A stretch of DNA of 64,000 nucleotides from Desulfatiglandales bacterium (GTDB lineage Bacteria > Desulfobacterota > DSM-4660 > Desulfatiglandales > HGW-15). Numbering within the stretch: position 1 is the first letter of the stretch; every line of letters starts with the position of its first letter. Below the pieces are notes generated by a model that saw only the letters and a list, made by a program, of their open reading frames with translations, ran no database searches and was not told the DNA's origin. This document shows positions 17,850 to 28,304 of this stretch, piece after piece. The stretch covers positions 1,056,001-1,120,000 of the forward strand of contig CAXXJJ010000004.1 in assembly GCA_963667015.2 (NCBI GenBank). The letters run 5' to 3'. Position numbers and translations under genes: made by a program.

Positions 17850-19160
17850 TTGGTAAGTAAAATTAAGAACCTGTTTCTGCAGATGCTGTTCCTTGGAGTT
17901 GATACAAAACCGGACGAGATCAAGGGTATTCTGGGTATGTTTTCATCTCTATTCCTCATACTTATGACTACCTATTTTCTCAAACCTGCCAGGGAAATCC
18001 TTATACTCACAGAAGGAACAGCCGAAATACGCAGCTATGCCGTGGCAATACAGGCTGTTCTCCTGATTTTTTTGCTGCCTGTCTATGGAAAATTCTCAAG
18101 AAACTACAGCTGCAACAGTTTTATGAGAATCGTAACAATACTGTTTTCAATGATTCTCATTTTATTTTACCTTGCGGCGTCTCTTGGCTACCATATTTCA
18201 ATAGTATTTTTTGTATGGCTTGGTGTCTACAGTGTTGTTGTCATTGCCCAGTTCTGGGCATTTGCTACCGACCTTTTTACAAGAGAGGCTGGTGAGCGTC
18301 TGTTTGTTATTATAGCCTTTGGAGGATCTATCGGGGCATGGGTAGGTGCAACTATCAGCCGCATACTTGTAGGCTATCTTAGTGCCAGTGAATTAATCCT
18401 GCTTTCATCAGCAACTCTGGCTTTGTCTATGGTGCCTGCCCTTTATGCAGTCAGGGCTCTTCCCCAGGAATGCATTTTACAGGACTGCACCCCAATCCAT
18501 GAGATAAAAACATCTTTCCTTGCCTGTTTTCAGATAGTCTTTACCCGTCGTATCTTATTACTTATAGCCATATTTGTTATCCTGTTTAATCTCATAAACA
18601 GTACCGGAGAATACCTGCTCTCATCCACCCTTGAAAAAGAATTTGCAGCAGGAGTTCTTGACGGAAGCATCACAGTTGACAAAGGAATCTATGTAGGAAA
18701 ATTCTACAGCAGTTTTTTTGCTATTGTTAATCTTGCAGGAGCTCTTATTCAATTTTTTCTTGTTTCAAGGCTGATAAAATATGCGGGCTTCAGCCTGGCC
18801 TTTGCATTTACTCCCCTGCTGGTTTTACTGGGATACACCAGCCTGTTTTTTTTACCTGCGTTGTCAATCCTCAGACTGGTCAAAATATCTGAAAACAGCT
18901 TTGATTATTCTCTGCTGAACACAACAAAGCAGATGCTCTATCTTCCCATGAACAGACAGGAAAAATATGAGGCAAGGGCAACAATTGATTCATTCGGTCA
19001 GCGTGTCGGAGATCTTCTTCAGGCAGGTGTGGTCTTTATTGGGCTCAATATTTTTCAATTTGTTTACAAAGGATTTATTTCTGTAGTGGTTTTATTTGCA
19101 CTGTGCAACATCTTTCTTGCATACCAGATCCTGCGTGAACGCCGACGCCTGATAAAATAA
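17850..19160 (+). CDS. NTT/TLC (Npt1-like ATP/ADP translocase) family MFS transporter
   Basis: YFLKPARE, FFVWLGVY...VIAQFWAFA.D.F..E.G.RLF, K..ENSFDYSL.NT..QMLYLP....KY.A...ID.F..R.GD; ~12 TM; 22 bp after the upstream gene. Confidence 0.8.
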   Translation: MVSKIKNLFLQMLFLGVDTKPDEIKGILGMFSSLFLILMTTYFLKPAREILILTEGTAEIRSYAVAIQAVLLIFLLPVYGKFSRNYSCNSFMRIVTILFSMILILFYLAASLGYHISIVFFVWLGVYSVVVIAQFWAFATDLFTREAGERLFVIIAFGGSIGAWVGATISRILVGYLSASELILLSSATLALSMVPALYAVRALPQECILQDCTPIHEIKTSFLACFQIVFTRRILLLIAIFVILFNLINSTGEYLLSSTLEKEFAAGVLDGSITVDKGIYVGKFYSSFFAIVNLAGALIQFFLVSRLIKYAGFSLAFAFTPLLVLLGYTSLFFLPALSILRLVKISENSFDYSLLNTTKQMLYLPMNRQEKYEARATIDSFGQRVGDLLQAGVVFIGLNIFQFVYKGFISVVVLFALCNIFLAYQILRERRRLIK

Positions 19161-19344
19161 TCTCTCTTTTCAACACTCCTTTGACGAAGAGGATACGGTT
19201 AAGTCAACATTCAATCAGGGTGCCATCAATTAATTTTCCAATTAAAAATCCGATCCTTGCTCATTAACCATATTTATGCTAACCTGTTTTGTTTTTTAAA
19301 TTATGCATTAAAGTCTAAAAAAATGGAGCAAGTTTTAATTTCAA

Positions 19345-21177
19345 ATGGGTAAAGAAAAAAAAAATCAATATAGTAATGCGGTTTTGCTTCCAACACGGCT
19401 TAATAAAATGGCCACAGGATTATTCTATATTATTTTAATTGGGGTAATAGCAGGGATTGGATCCGTTCTCTTCAATTATCTTTGCCAGATAGGAACCCAC
19501 TTTTTCCTTGATTACCTGGCCGGTTACCGGCCCCCTCCAACAGCCGGAGAACCCGAACTTTTTGCCCAGACTGCCACTACTTTCAACAGATGGATACTTT
19601 TATTTTTACCCGTTCTGGGAGGGCTTGTCAGCGGATGGATTGTATATACCTTTGCCCCGGAAGCTGAAGGGCATGGAACCGATGCAGCAATAGATTCCTA
19701 TCATAACAAGGGTGGATTTGTAAGGGGCAGAATACCTTTTATTAAGACCATTACATCCGCCATTACCCTTACTACCGGTGGGTCCGGTGGACGTGAGGGG
19801 CCAATTGCCCAGATAGGATCGGGTTTTGGATCATTCCTTGCCACAAAGTTGGGTATGGGCAGCCGTGAAAGAAGAATCATGATGGCGGCAGGTATGGGGG
19901 CGGGTATCGGAAGCATCTTTCGTGCGCCTCTTGCAGGAGCTCTGTTTTCAGCAGAGGTGCTCTACCGCGAACCCGAGTTTGAATCGGAAGTGATCATACC
20001 AACCGGTATAGCCTCGGTAGTTGCCTATTGCATTTTCTGCCTCGTTTTTGGATGGGGCTCTCTTTTTGAAACCGAGGATTTTCTATTTGATAACGTCCTT
20101 GAACTTGGCCCCTATACCATACTTGCCCTTGTGCTTGTTGGCGCAGGAATCCTTTATGTTAAATGTTTTTATGGAGTACACAATTTCTTTAAAAAAATTA
20201 AAATTCCAAATCACATAAAGCCTGCTGTTGGCGGCCTGCTGACAGGACTTATCGGCCTGTATCTCCCGCAGACCCTATCTTTTGGTTATGGTTATGCCCA
20301 GGATGCCCTGAACAATCAGATTTCTACCTATCTTCTTTTTGCAATAGCATTTGGAAAAATTCTAACCACCTCTTTTTCAATAGGTTCAGGCGGAAGCGGT
20401 GGCGTCTTTGGTCCGTCAGTGGTAATCGGCGGGACACTTGGCGGAGGAGTCGGCAGAATATTCAATCAGTTACTTCCAAATATAGTTACCCACCCGGGGG
20501 CATTTGTTGTTGTTGGCATGGCCGGTTTTTTTACTGTCGTCTCAAACACTCCAATATCAACTATTATTTTTGTTAGCGAGATGACCAACTCATATCATCT
20601 CCTTTTGCCCAGCTTTTTAGTCTGTCTTGTTGGATATGTTCTTTCACGCAGATGGACTATTTACCTTAAACAAGTTGGAAGCAAGATAGACTCAAACGCG
20701 CATCGCGGTGAGTTTTTTATCGATGTGCTTGAGGAGATAAAAGTCAGGGACATGATCCCCTATTTCAGCAACTATACCACTGTTCCTGAGGATATGCCAT
20801 TTAGTCAATTCAGACAGGTATTCAGTGATTCAAATCAGCATTATTTTCCTGTTGTAGATGACAAGGGACGATTGACTGCTATTTTTTCTATAAATGACAT
20901 CCGCGGAGTTATCTTTGAGCAGGAAATTGATAACGTTGTACTTATGAGGGATATTGGAACAACGGACATTATTTTTACAACACCTACTGATGACCTGAAT
21001 GAGGTATTAAAGAAATTCACAATGCGCAATATTCAGTCAATCCCGGTTGTAAAGGATGAAGATCATTCTTCACTGATAGGCATGCTTGAACGACGGGAGG
21101 TTATCCGGGTTTACAATAAGAGAATTGAAGAGATGAAGGCAAGTGAAGGCAATAAAAAGGATAGCAGTATTTTTTAG
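19345..21177 (+). CDS. ClC chloride channel/transporter with C-terminal CBS pair
   Basis: GHGTD, GGSGGREGP, GGSGGVFGP signature motifs; CBS domains. Confidence 0.95.
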   Translation: MGKEKKNQYSNAVLLPTRLNKMATGLFYIILIGVIAGIGSVLFNYLCQIGTHFFLDYLAGYRPPPTAGEPELFAQTATTFNRWILLFLPVLGGLVSGWIVYTFAPEAEGHGTDAAIDSYHNKGGFVRGRIPFIKTITSAITLTTGGSGGREGPIAQIGSGFGSFLATKLGMGSRERRIMMAAGMGAGIGSIFRAPLAGALFSAEVLYREPEFESEVIIPTGIASVVAYCIFCLVFGWGSLFETEDFLFDNVLELGPYTILALVLVGAGILYVKCFYGVHNFFKKIKIPNHIKPAVGGLLTGLIGLYLPQTLSFGYGYAQDALNNQISTYLLFAIAFGKILTTSFSIGSGGSGGVFGPSVVIGGTLGGGVGRIFNQLLPNIVTHPGAFVVVGMAGFFTVVSNTPISTIIFVSEMTNSYHLLLPSFLVCLVGYVLSRRWTIYLKQVGSKIDSNAHRGEFFIDVLEEIKVRDMIPYFSNYTTVPEDMPFSQFRQVFSDSNQHYFPVVDDKGRLTAIFSINDIRGVIFEQEIDNVVLMRDIGTTDIIFTTPTDDLNEVLKKFTMRNIQSIPVVKDEDHSSLIGMLERREVIRVYNKRIEEMKASEGNKKDSSIF

Positions 21178-21300
21178 ATTGCTATCATACATATACTTTT
21201 CCAGTTTATTAAACAGCTCCTGCGGCTGTATGGGCTTCGGTGTATAATCATTCATGCCTGCGCCAGCAGACATAGTTTTCTATCTCCCTGCATGGGCATT
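21176..21300 (-). pseudogene. remnant of a response-regulator receiver domain C-terminus
   Basis: MQGDRKLCL / AGMNDYTPKPIQPQELFNKLEKY in two different frames; N-terminal part absent. Confidence 0.6.
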
Positions 21301-21376
21301 CTCAGCTGAATATCTACCTCAAACAGAAATTTAAATTAAGCCATATTTTTGACTTTTGAGATTTTTAAAAAAATAC

Positions 21377-21416
21377 TTGACACTTTAAGACTATGTGTAT
21401 TATTGTATTAATACAC
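21377..21416 (+). promoter_or_regulatory. sigma70 promoter overlapped by YtrA-type operator
   Basis: TTGACA at 21377-21382; palindrome GTGTATTA-ttgtat-TAATACAC at 21395-21416 upstream of the GntR/YtrA gene. Confidence 0.8.
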
Positions 21417-21554
21417 CTAGCATCATCACAGACTTATCTTAAGCAATTTTTTTGTATCCTGCACAGCGGGATTTATAATCCTTTATGTATTGATTTAATA
21501 TGTATGGCCCATGACCTGACCGGGCGGCGGCATAAAAACTGAGAGAATTTTTTA

Positions 21555-21959
21555 ATGATTATTGAGATAGACAATCATAGCGGAGTTCCGATCTACACTC
21601 AGATAATTGAGCAGATTAAGCAGTATATACTTTCGGGAAACCTTTCAGAGGGTACACAGCTTGAGAATGTACGAAGTCTCGCTGCCCGCCTCCTGGTCAA
21701 TCCCATGACCATAAGCAAGGCATACAGTCAGCTTGAGCGGGATGGACTTATCGAGCGGCGCAGAGGAATCGGAATGTTCGTTAAACCCATGGCTGGGGAG
21801 ACAAAGAAAGACTTTAAATCCCAGACTGCCAGGGACAGTTTCAAAAAAGCCGCTGCTACCGCCATCCTTATGGATTACACAGAAGAAGAAGCTGTTGATT
21901 TACTCAGACAGATATACAGGAAATTAAAAAAGGAAGAAGGAGAAAAAGGCAATGAATGA
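21555..21959 (+). CDS. GntR family transcriptional regulator, YtrA subfamily
   Basis: PIYTQI..QIK..I.SG.L..G.QL..VR.LA..L.VNPMT.SKAY..LE..G; short C-terminal domain. Confidence 0.92.
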   Translation: MIIEIDNHSGVPIYTQIIEQIKQYILSGNLSEGTQLENVRSLAARLLVNPMTISKAYSQLERDGLIERRRGIGMFVKPMAGETKKDFKSQTARDSFKKAAATAILMDYTEEEAVDLLRQIYRKLKKEEGEKGNE

Positions 21960-22857
21960 AAATCCAATTATTTCTGTAAAAAATCTTACAAAACTGTTTG
22001 GCTCTGTTCGTGCAATCAACAATTTATCCCTTGATATCTATCCAGGTCAAATTTTCGGCCTCATGGGCGCAAATGGTGGGGGGAAAAGTACTCTTATCCG
22101 CCACTGGATAGGTCTTTACCTGCCGGATAAAGGGACCTGCACAACTTTTGGAGGAGAGGCTAAAAAACTCGGCCCGCAGGAACTGGCACGAATTGGCTAT
22201 GTACACCAGGAAGGTAAACTCATCGACTGGATGAGTGTTACAAAGCTTATAAGATATGTTGCAGCATACTACCCTACCTGGAATAGAGATGTTGAAACCC
22301 GTTATCTCGAAGAATTCGAACTGGACCCCAAGGCCCGTGTTGGAAAGCTCTCACCCGGACAGCGCCAGATGCTTGCAGTGCTTTTAGCCATAGGTTTTGA
22401 ACCGGAACTGCTTATACTTGACGAACCTGCTGCTGCCATGGATCCCCTTGCCCGCCGCAAGTTTCTGGAACTTCTACTGAAAATGATCCAGGTGGAAGGA
22501 CGTACAATAATTATCTCATCACATATCCTGACAGATATAGAAAAGGTAATCGATCATGCGCTTGTCATGGACAAGGGGAAGATGCTCTGCGACACCCCGA
22601 TAGATGATTTAAGGGAACAGTATGTCAGACTGCGCCTTACATCCCTGAATGGAGCGATACCCGAAGACCTGCCTTTCCCTAATATACTTAAAAGAGAACA
22701 GAACGGTTCAAAGGCAATAGTTACACTAGCAGGCAATATTAAAAGCCTGAAGGAACTTGAAACGATCGCTGACAGCATTCATTGCCAGATGGAGCAGATA
22801 CCCCTTCCTCTTGAGGATATTTATCAGCTTGTAGTTGAAAACAGGGTTAGGGATTAG
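21952..22857 (+). CDS. ABC transporter ATP-binding protein (YtrB-like)
   Basis: GANGGGKST Walker A, LSPGQ, LILDEP, SSH; overlaps the regulator stop codon. Confidence 0.93.
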   Translation: MNENPIISVKNLTKLFGSVRAINNLSLDIYPGQIFGLMGANGGGKSTLIRHWIGLYLPDKGTCTTFGGEAKKLGPQELARIGYVHQEGKLIDWMSVTKLIRYVAAYYPTWNRDVETRYLEEFELDPKARVGKLSPGQRQMLAVLLAIGFEPELLILDEPAAAMDPLARRKFLELLLKMIQVEGRTIIISSHILTDIEKVIDHALVMDKGKMLCDTPIDDLREQYVRLRLTSLNGAIPEDLPFPNILKREQNGSKAIVTLAGNIKSLKELETIADSIHCQMEQIPLPLEDIYQLVVENRVRD

Positions 22858-22874
22858 GAATCAGGAAAGAGGAA

Positions 22875-24344
22875 ATGTCCATTCTTAGCGAAAAACTGGG
22901 GCTCTATAATATAAGTCATTATGATAACCTTAAAGGTCGTCTTTTCGGCATGGTAACACTGTATTTAATAATCATCGGGTTATTTAGTAACGCCTTATAT
23001 GAATTGAGAATAGAGGAAATAATTCAAAACCAGCAATGTGTCCTTAGGCCCCTGATTAATTTATTCGCCGGTATGTTTTTATTAGGAATAATATCAACTA
23101 TTACTCAATTAGAACTTATTTCAAAACCATTTTCTTTTTGTCTGCCTGACCGACAAAAAACTATTCGTAAAGTAATCTTTTTGATCGGCGGATTAATAAC
23201 TTTTGGATTTTCGCTTATATTCTTCATTTTTTCTGAACATACATTATTACTCTTTTTTCTGCATATAATAGTGTTTCCGATCATAGGCTTACCATTCTAT
23301 TTTTTTATGGCTTTTATTTTCTTTATTACCCATGGTGATTCATTAAAAAGATATCTTAGATATGGCTTTCCTGCAGTGTCAATTATCTTATCCGCATCAT
23401 TCATGATAAATCTTAAAAATGATTTAGTAATCCCGCTTAATCAATTGATTGTTTTTTGTTTTGCTCCACTTTTTATATCTTCCTTATTGGGCATATCGGC
23501 TTTATGGAAGGTCCTTGGAGATGACCGGGTGGGCAGAATATTTTACAGGAAAATGTTCGGTTTACCGGATAGTCAAATATTAGCAGAAAAAAAAGCACAT
23601 AAAATATCTCAGCAACAAATTAAAAAAGAAAGAGAACAAATTGAATTATTTTTTATAAAAAAAATAATTAATCAGCCTCTTTTTAGTGTAGCCCGCTCGG
23701 TTCTGGGAACATTTTATCTTATACTGGAGCATGTTTCAGGATATTCTAAAATACCCTTAATAACTGAAATAATACTTCCCTCACTGTTTTTTTTCCTTTT
23801 TGGATATATTCAAAATAACAATGAAATCAAAGAAATTTTCATTATTTATCCTTTGGGCTACTTCCTGTTTATTTATTCCAGGAATATAATATTAATGTAC
23901 AAACCACGTTTATGCGGGCTTCTTTTTCCAATAGGAAGATCAAAACAATTTCGCATCAACCTCGTACTCTTGCTGGTAAAACCCCTTACAATGATGCTCT
24001 GGTTCTTTTTAATAGTAGGAGTTTCACACAGCCTGAAAAATTACATGCCGGATTTTACCCTGCTGGGCTATCACTTCACCTATAATCCACTTGCAGTATC
24101 TTTAATACTATGGCCCGCAGTTATTATCCCGGTTATTGATATCTTTATTTCATTTCCGGAACCTCCATGCAGCCTTGTAACAATGGTCTGCTTTATCGTT
24201 ACGCTTTTTGTATTAACAGGATTCTTTTTTGTAGATAGTGGTCTTAAAACGCAGATCATTTCCATGACATTTATGATCGTTATTTCAAATGTTTTCTACC
24301 TGATTCTTTTATCACGTTACTGGTTCAAACGAGATCATGTTTAA
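22875..24344 (+). CDS. polytopic membrane protein, putative ABC permease, paralog 1 of 5
   Basis: ~12 TM; shared motifs KPFSFCLP, LLFPIGR, MPDFTLLGY.F.Y.P, RYWFKRD. Confidence 0.75.
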   Translation: MSILSEKLGLYNISHYDNLKGRLFGMVTLYLIIIGLFSNALYELRIEEIIQNQQCVLRPLINLFAGMFLLGIISTITQLELISKPFSFCLPDRQKTIRKVIFLIGGLITFGFSLIFFIFSEHTLLLFFLHIIVFPIIGLPFYFFMAFIFFITHGDSLKRYLRYGFPAVSIILSASFMINLKNDLVIPLNQLIVFCFAPLFISSLLGISALWKVLGDDRVGRIFYRKMFGLPDSQILAEKKAHKISQQQIKKEREQIELFFIKKIINQPLFSVARSVLGTFYLILEHVSGYSKIPLITEIILPSLFFFLFGYIQNNNEIKEIFIIYPLGYFLFIYSRNIILMYKPRLCGLLFPIGRSKQFRINLVLLLVKPLTMMLWFFLIVGVSHSLKNYMPDFTLLGYHFTYNPLAVSLILWPAVIIPVIDIFISFPEPPCSLVTMVCFIVTLFVLTGFFFVDSGLKTQIISMTFMIVISNVFYLILLSRYWFKRDHV

Positions 24345-24369
24345 TATGCAGAGAAAAGGAAAAATAGAA

Positions 24370-25839
24370 ATGTCCATACTTGCAGCAAATCTTAAATTAT
24401 ACTCACCTTTTCAGAAGCAATCTTTTCTATATAAGGTTTACCTGTTTCTGGAGGTTTTCTTAGTAGTAGGTTTTACCGGGGCTATGACAGAAATGACTCA
24501 TGGTGAAAAACTCCCTCTTTCAATATTGGCTTTGCCCTTCGTCTTCCTGTTTTTATTTGGACAGATTGTAGCAATGGTACAGATTGATGTTCTATCAATG
24601 CCTTTTTCTTTGTGCCTTCCCGGGCATAATAATGTACCGCGCCGTACTATTTTTATAATCGGGTTAATGGCTGCTGTTTCTGCAGCAATCATTTCGACTG
24701 TTTTCCCTCAAGAAAGCGGGCATATGCTTATGATGCTTTTTATGGCGGCTATGGTTTTGACCTTATATTTTTTGGCAGTATGCCTGTCTTTTTATTTTTC
24801 AAAAACCCAAAACAGGCTGTTCATCAATGGAGCATTGTTTACATTTATCCCGGTTCTGTTAGTGTTCTTTTTCCAGAAGGATTTATTAACAACCGACAGC
24901 AATGCCATGTTGTACTGCATTATTGCCCTTCTTGTTTCTGGCACATCATTATCAATTGTCGCATGGGATCTACTTGGCTACAGTTCACTAAAGAGAAAAT
25001 GTTTTGGAAGACCTTCGAAATTATCAATAACCTTAGATAGAGACTTGATAGATCAATTACATGCAAAAAGTAATTACTATTTTCATGAAACTCCTGAAAG
25101 GAAAAATAGTAACAGCAAATTTGCATTAAAATTCTTTAAGAGTTTTACAGGAAGTCGATTTTTCAGTTTCAAACATTCGTTAATGGGAATGCTATATTGC
25201 CTGTTCTCACGTCATTTTACTTTAAACGGAAATGAACCTGTTCTTAAACTGATCCTTGCATCATCTTTTATTTTCTTTTCAGGATATTTTGAAAATGAAA
25301 ACCTCCTGACATATGAAAAGATGATGATAAATCCTTTTTCTCTATTGGCGGCTATGCCTTTGTGTATGATGCTCAGCAGTTTTTTTATGCCCCAGTCTCA
25401 TAATATGCTGTTACCAGCAAGTCGTTCAAGACAATTTTGGGTTAGCTTTCTATTATGGTTCATAAAATCCATAACAGTCATGATCCTGGCATCCATTGTT
25501 ATAGTTGTATCGTGGCTTCTTCAGGTTTTTATGCCAGAAGTTGAGCTTTTCGGTTTCACTTTTATATACAGCAGCCCCGGTCTGCACACAATATTCTGGA
25601 CGCTAATTATGTTACCCATAATAGATTTTATGCTCGGTTATGTATCAATGCCATTTCGCCTGTTCTCAATGATTTTTATAACCTCTATACTTTTCATACT
25701 GTCCTTTATTTCATTTGCAGCAAACAATATTTATATTCATGCCTTTTTACTAACACTGATGATCTTGATGACAAACGGCCTGTTTTTCAGCCTGTTCAGC
25801 CGTTACTGGTTTAGAAAAGATATAACCCTTTTAAGTTGA
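24370..25839 (+). CDS. polytopic membrane protein, putative ABC permease, paralog 2 of 5
   Basis: Start placed at MSILAANLKLY by paralog alignment and RBS AAGGA (ORF track starts at 24337); MPFSLCLP, MLLPASR, MPEVELFG, RYWFRKD. Confidence 0.75.
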   Translation: MSILAANLKLYSPFQKQSFLYKVYLFLEVFLVVGFTGAMTEMTHGEKLPLSILALPFVFLFLFGQIVAMVQIDVLSMPFSLCLPGHNNVPRRTIFIIGLMAAVSAAIISTVFPQESGHMLMMLFMAAMVLTLYFLAVCLSFYFSKTQNRLFINGALFTFIPVLLVFFFQKDLLTTDSNAMLYCIIALLVSGTSLSIVAWDLLGYSSLKRKCFGRPSKLSITLDRDLIDQLHAKSNYYFHETPERKNSNSKFALKFFKSFTGSRFFSFKHSLMGMLYCLFSRHFTLNGNEPVLKLILASSFIFFSGYFENENLLTYEKMMINPFSLLAAMPLCMMLSSFFMPQSHNMLLPASRSRQFWVSFLLWFIKSITVMILASIVIVVSWLLQVFMPEVELFGFTFIYSSPGLHTIFWTLIMLPIIDFMLGYVSMPFRLFSMIFITSILFILSFISFAANNIYIHAFLLTLMILMTNGLFFSLFSRYWFRKDITLLS

Positions 25840-25936
25840 GCCCTGGGAAATTAACAATGATACTACATTAAATTAATAATTCAGATTTATGAAAAGCACT
25901 TGTAAATAAAACATATATAATAAAAGGAGCACAAAC

Positions 25937-26800
25937 ATGAAAAAAATTTTATTAAGTCTACTTTTGGTTTTATTTTCTTTTCCTTATTCACAGGCTGAAT
26001 CTTCGGTATGGAAGGCCCAAAAAGGTGATTCAGTAATGTATATAGGAGGCACAATTCACATATTGCGGCAATCAGACTACCCGTTACCTGCCGAATATAA
26101 CAAGGCTTATTCATTGTCAGACATGCTGGTTTTTGAAGCTGACATGGGAATGGCAAACGATCCTTCAACACAGCAGAAAATATTAAAAAAAGCTCTTTAT
26201 ACAGACGGCACAAATGTTGAGCAGCATCTTTCAGCCGATACATATAAACTGCTAAATGAATACTGCACATCCAACGGTATACCTCTTCAGCAGCTCAAAC
26301 AGTTAAAACCTCCTATTATAGCAACAATGATAGTATCTATGGAGCTTGCAAAACTTGGGGCCAGCCCAAATGGTGTTGATATGTTCTTTTATCAGACCGG
26401 AACAAAGGATAATAAAACCATAGAGGAACTGGAGACGATTGATCAGCAAATTGATTTGTTATTCAAATTGATTGAAGGGAAGGAAGATGAATTTATCCAG
26501 CAGACAATAAATGAAATAAACTCCATTAAAGAGCTTTATGACACAATGGTAGCGACATGGAAAACAGGTGATGTTAATAAATTGTTCGATTTATTTGTTA
26601 AAGAAATGCAAACAGAAACCCCCAATATATATAAAAGCATCATTTCCGATCGTAATAACAGCTGGGTTTCAGTAATAGATAATTTTTTTGAGAATAATAA
26701 CACAGAGTTTATTCTTGTAGGAGTAGCCCACCTGGTTGGCCCCGATGGAATTATCGAGCAGTTGAGCAAAAAGGGGTATAAGGTTGAAAAGCTGAGATAA
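25937..26800 (+). CDS. TraB/GumN (Tiki-like) family exported protein
   Basis: Signal peptide; YIGGTIH, LVFE, GVD, LET...Q, DRN..W, VGVAHLVG.DG....L...GY.V. Confidence 0.9.
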   Translation: MKKILLSLLLVLFSFPYSQAESSVWKAQKGDSVMYIGGTIHILRQSDYPLPAEYNKAYSLSDMLVFEADMGMANDPSTQQKILKKALYTDGTNVEQHLSADTYKLLNEYCTSNGIPLQQLKQLKPPIIATMIVSMELAKLGASPNGVDMFFYQTGTKDNKTIEELETIDQQIDLLFKLIEGKEDEFIQQTINEINSIKELYDTMVATWKTGDVNKLFDLFVKEMQTETPNIYKSIISDRNNSWVSVIDNFFENNNTEFILVGVAHLVGPDGIIEQLSKKGYKVEKLR

Positions 26801-26817
26801 TAAAAAGATTATTTAAT

Positions 26818-28293
26818 ATGAACACATCAATACTTAAAGAAAATTTTAAGCTGTACAATCCCTTTAAAAATCGGGGGCTTTTAGCTTATTATTTCTACGC
26901 ATTTATGTTCCTTGCCTATAATCTCTCATCACTACATACAGGAGAAGCATCTCTTGACAACATTTATCCTGTACGACCAATGCTTTTAGTCTTTTTCAGT
27001 ATGTTTTTCTTTGGAGGAATAGCGATTTTACCGCAGTTAGAAATGCTTGTAAAACCGCATTTTTTATGTTTACCCGGCAGTCAGAAAATCATGAAAAATG
27101 CATTAATAGCAGCAGGATTTCTTGTCATGCTATTCTGTTCTCTTGCGGTTATGCCATTTAAAGATCCGGGATCTCCAGTATGGATAATACGCATTATAAC
27201 TGCACCTGTTCTGGGATTACCATTCTACCTGTTTGCCATAGTTATCAGTTTTTATTTTCGTGCAGATGCGCAAAACAACAGGCTGGTAAAATGTAGCATC
27301 TATTTATTTGTTATACTTGCTATTGCAGCAGGTATAATGATTGGAGATTATTCTATTTCCTTAAAAGATCTTATTATTTACTGGGTAATACCCCTTACTA
27401 TTTCTTCTATTGCACTTTTAACTGCTCTTGCAAAAATGTTTGGAAAGTTTGACATTATAAGGAAATATCATACAGGAACATACATTCCATGGCTGGCAGT
27501 TGTATTAAACAGGGATAATCAGCTTGATATTGCCCCCAGAAAAGCAGACAACGATGAATTCAAAGAAAACATTGCAGAAAAGTATCTTTTTAATGGAATG
27601 AAGCAGCGCTCCTTTTTGAGCTTAAAACGATCAATACTTGGGGCAATCTATCAGAAGGTAGAGCAAAAAATTGATTTTGAAACTGCTTCTAAAAATGGTT
27701 TTCAAGGTAAATTAATTTTATCAATATGCATTCTGTTGTTAACCGGGTACTTCCCTGTCTTCAGCCATAATTTTAGCGGCAACATATTCTATATCGCCCA
27801 GTTATACTGCCTGTTGATGCCCTGCCTTGTTGTCAATGGTATTTTAAGTATAACTGCCTATGAGCTTCTGCTGCCAGCAGGACGCTTTGAGCAGTTTATA
27901 ATACATAAAACAATCACATCTCTTAAGCTGGCAGCAGGCGTTATCTATGTTGGTTTTATTATAGCTGTTTCATGGGCTTTAAAATGGATAATGCCTGAGA
28001 TTACATTATTCGATCAAAATTACATATACACTCCCATCAGTACAGCATTGCTTTTGTGGACGGTTGTATTTCTTTCGGCAGTAGAGTTTTTCTCCTTTTA
28101 CGCAAAACGAAGTAGAAGTGAAAATATATATATCCACCTGACATTAATATTAGCGTTTATATTGCCGACTATTTTCCTGGTAATTATAACTCCGAGATTT
28201 GATTTATTGATGGTTACACTCATATTTTTACTTTTTACAGTAATGGATATCATTCAGCATGTCTCTTACTGGTTAAAAAGAGACCTGCTTTAA
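26818..28293 (+). CDS. polytopic membrane protein, putative ABC permease, paralog 3 of 5
   Basis: NFKLYNPF, KPHFLCLP, LLLPAGR, MPEITLF, YWLKRD. Confidence 0.75.
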   Translation: MNTSILKENFKLYNPFKNRGLLAYYFYAFMFLAYNLSSLHTGEASLDNIYPVRPMLLVFFSMFFFGGIAILPQLEMLVKPHFLCLPGSQKIMKNALIAAGFLVMLFCSLAVMPFKDPGSPVWIIRIITAPVLGLPFYLFAIVISFYFRADAQNNRLVKCSIYLFVILAIAAGIMIGDYSISLKDLIIYWVIPLTISSIALLTALAKMFGKFDIIRKYHTGTYIPWLAVVLNRDNQLDIAPRKADNDEFKENIAEKYLFNGMKQRSFLSLKRSILGAIYQKVEQKIDFETASKNGFQGKLILSICILLLTGYFPVFSHNFSGNIFYIAQLYCLLMPCLVVNGILSITAYELLLPAGRFEQFIIHKTITSLKLAAGVIYVGFIIAVSWALKWIMPEITLFDQNYIYTPISTALLLWTVVFLSAVEFFSFYAKRSRSENIYIHLTLILAFILPTIFLVIITPRFDLLMVTLIFLLFTVMDIIQHVSYWLKRDLL

Positions 28294-28304
28294 GGGAAAT
28301 TGAA

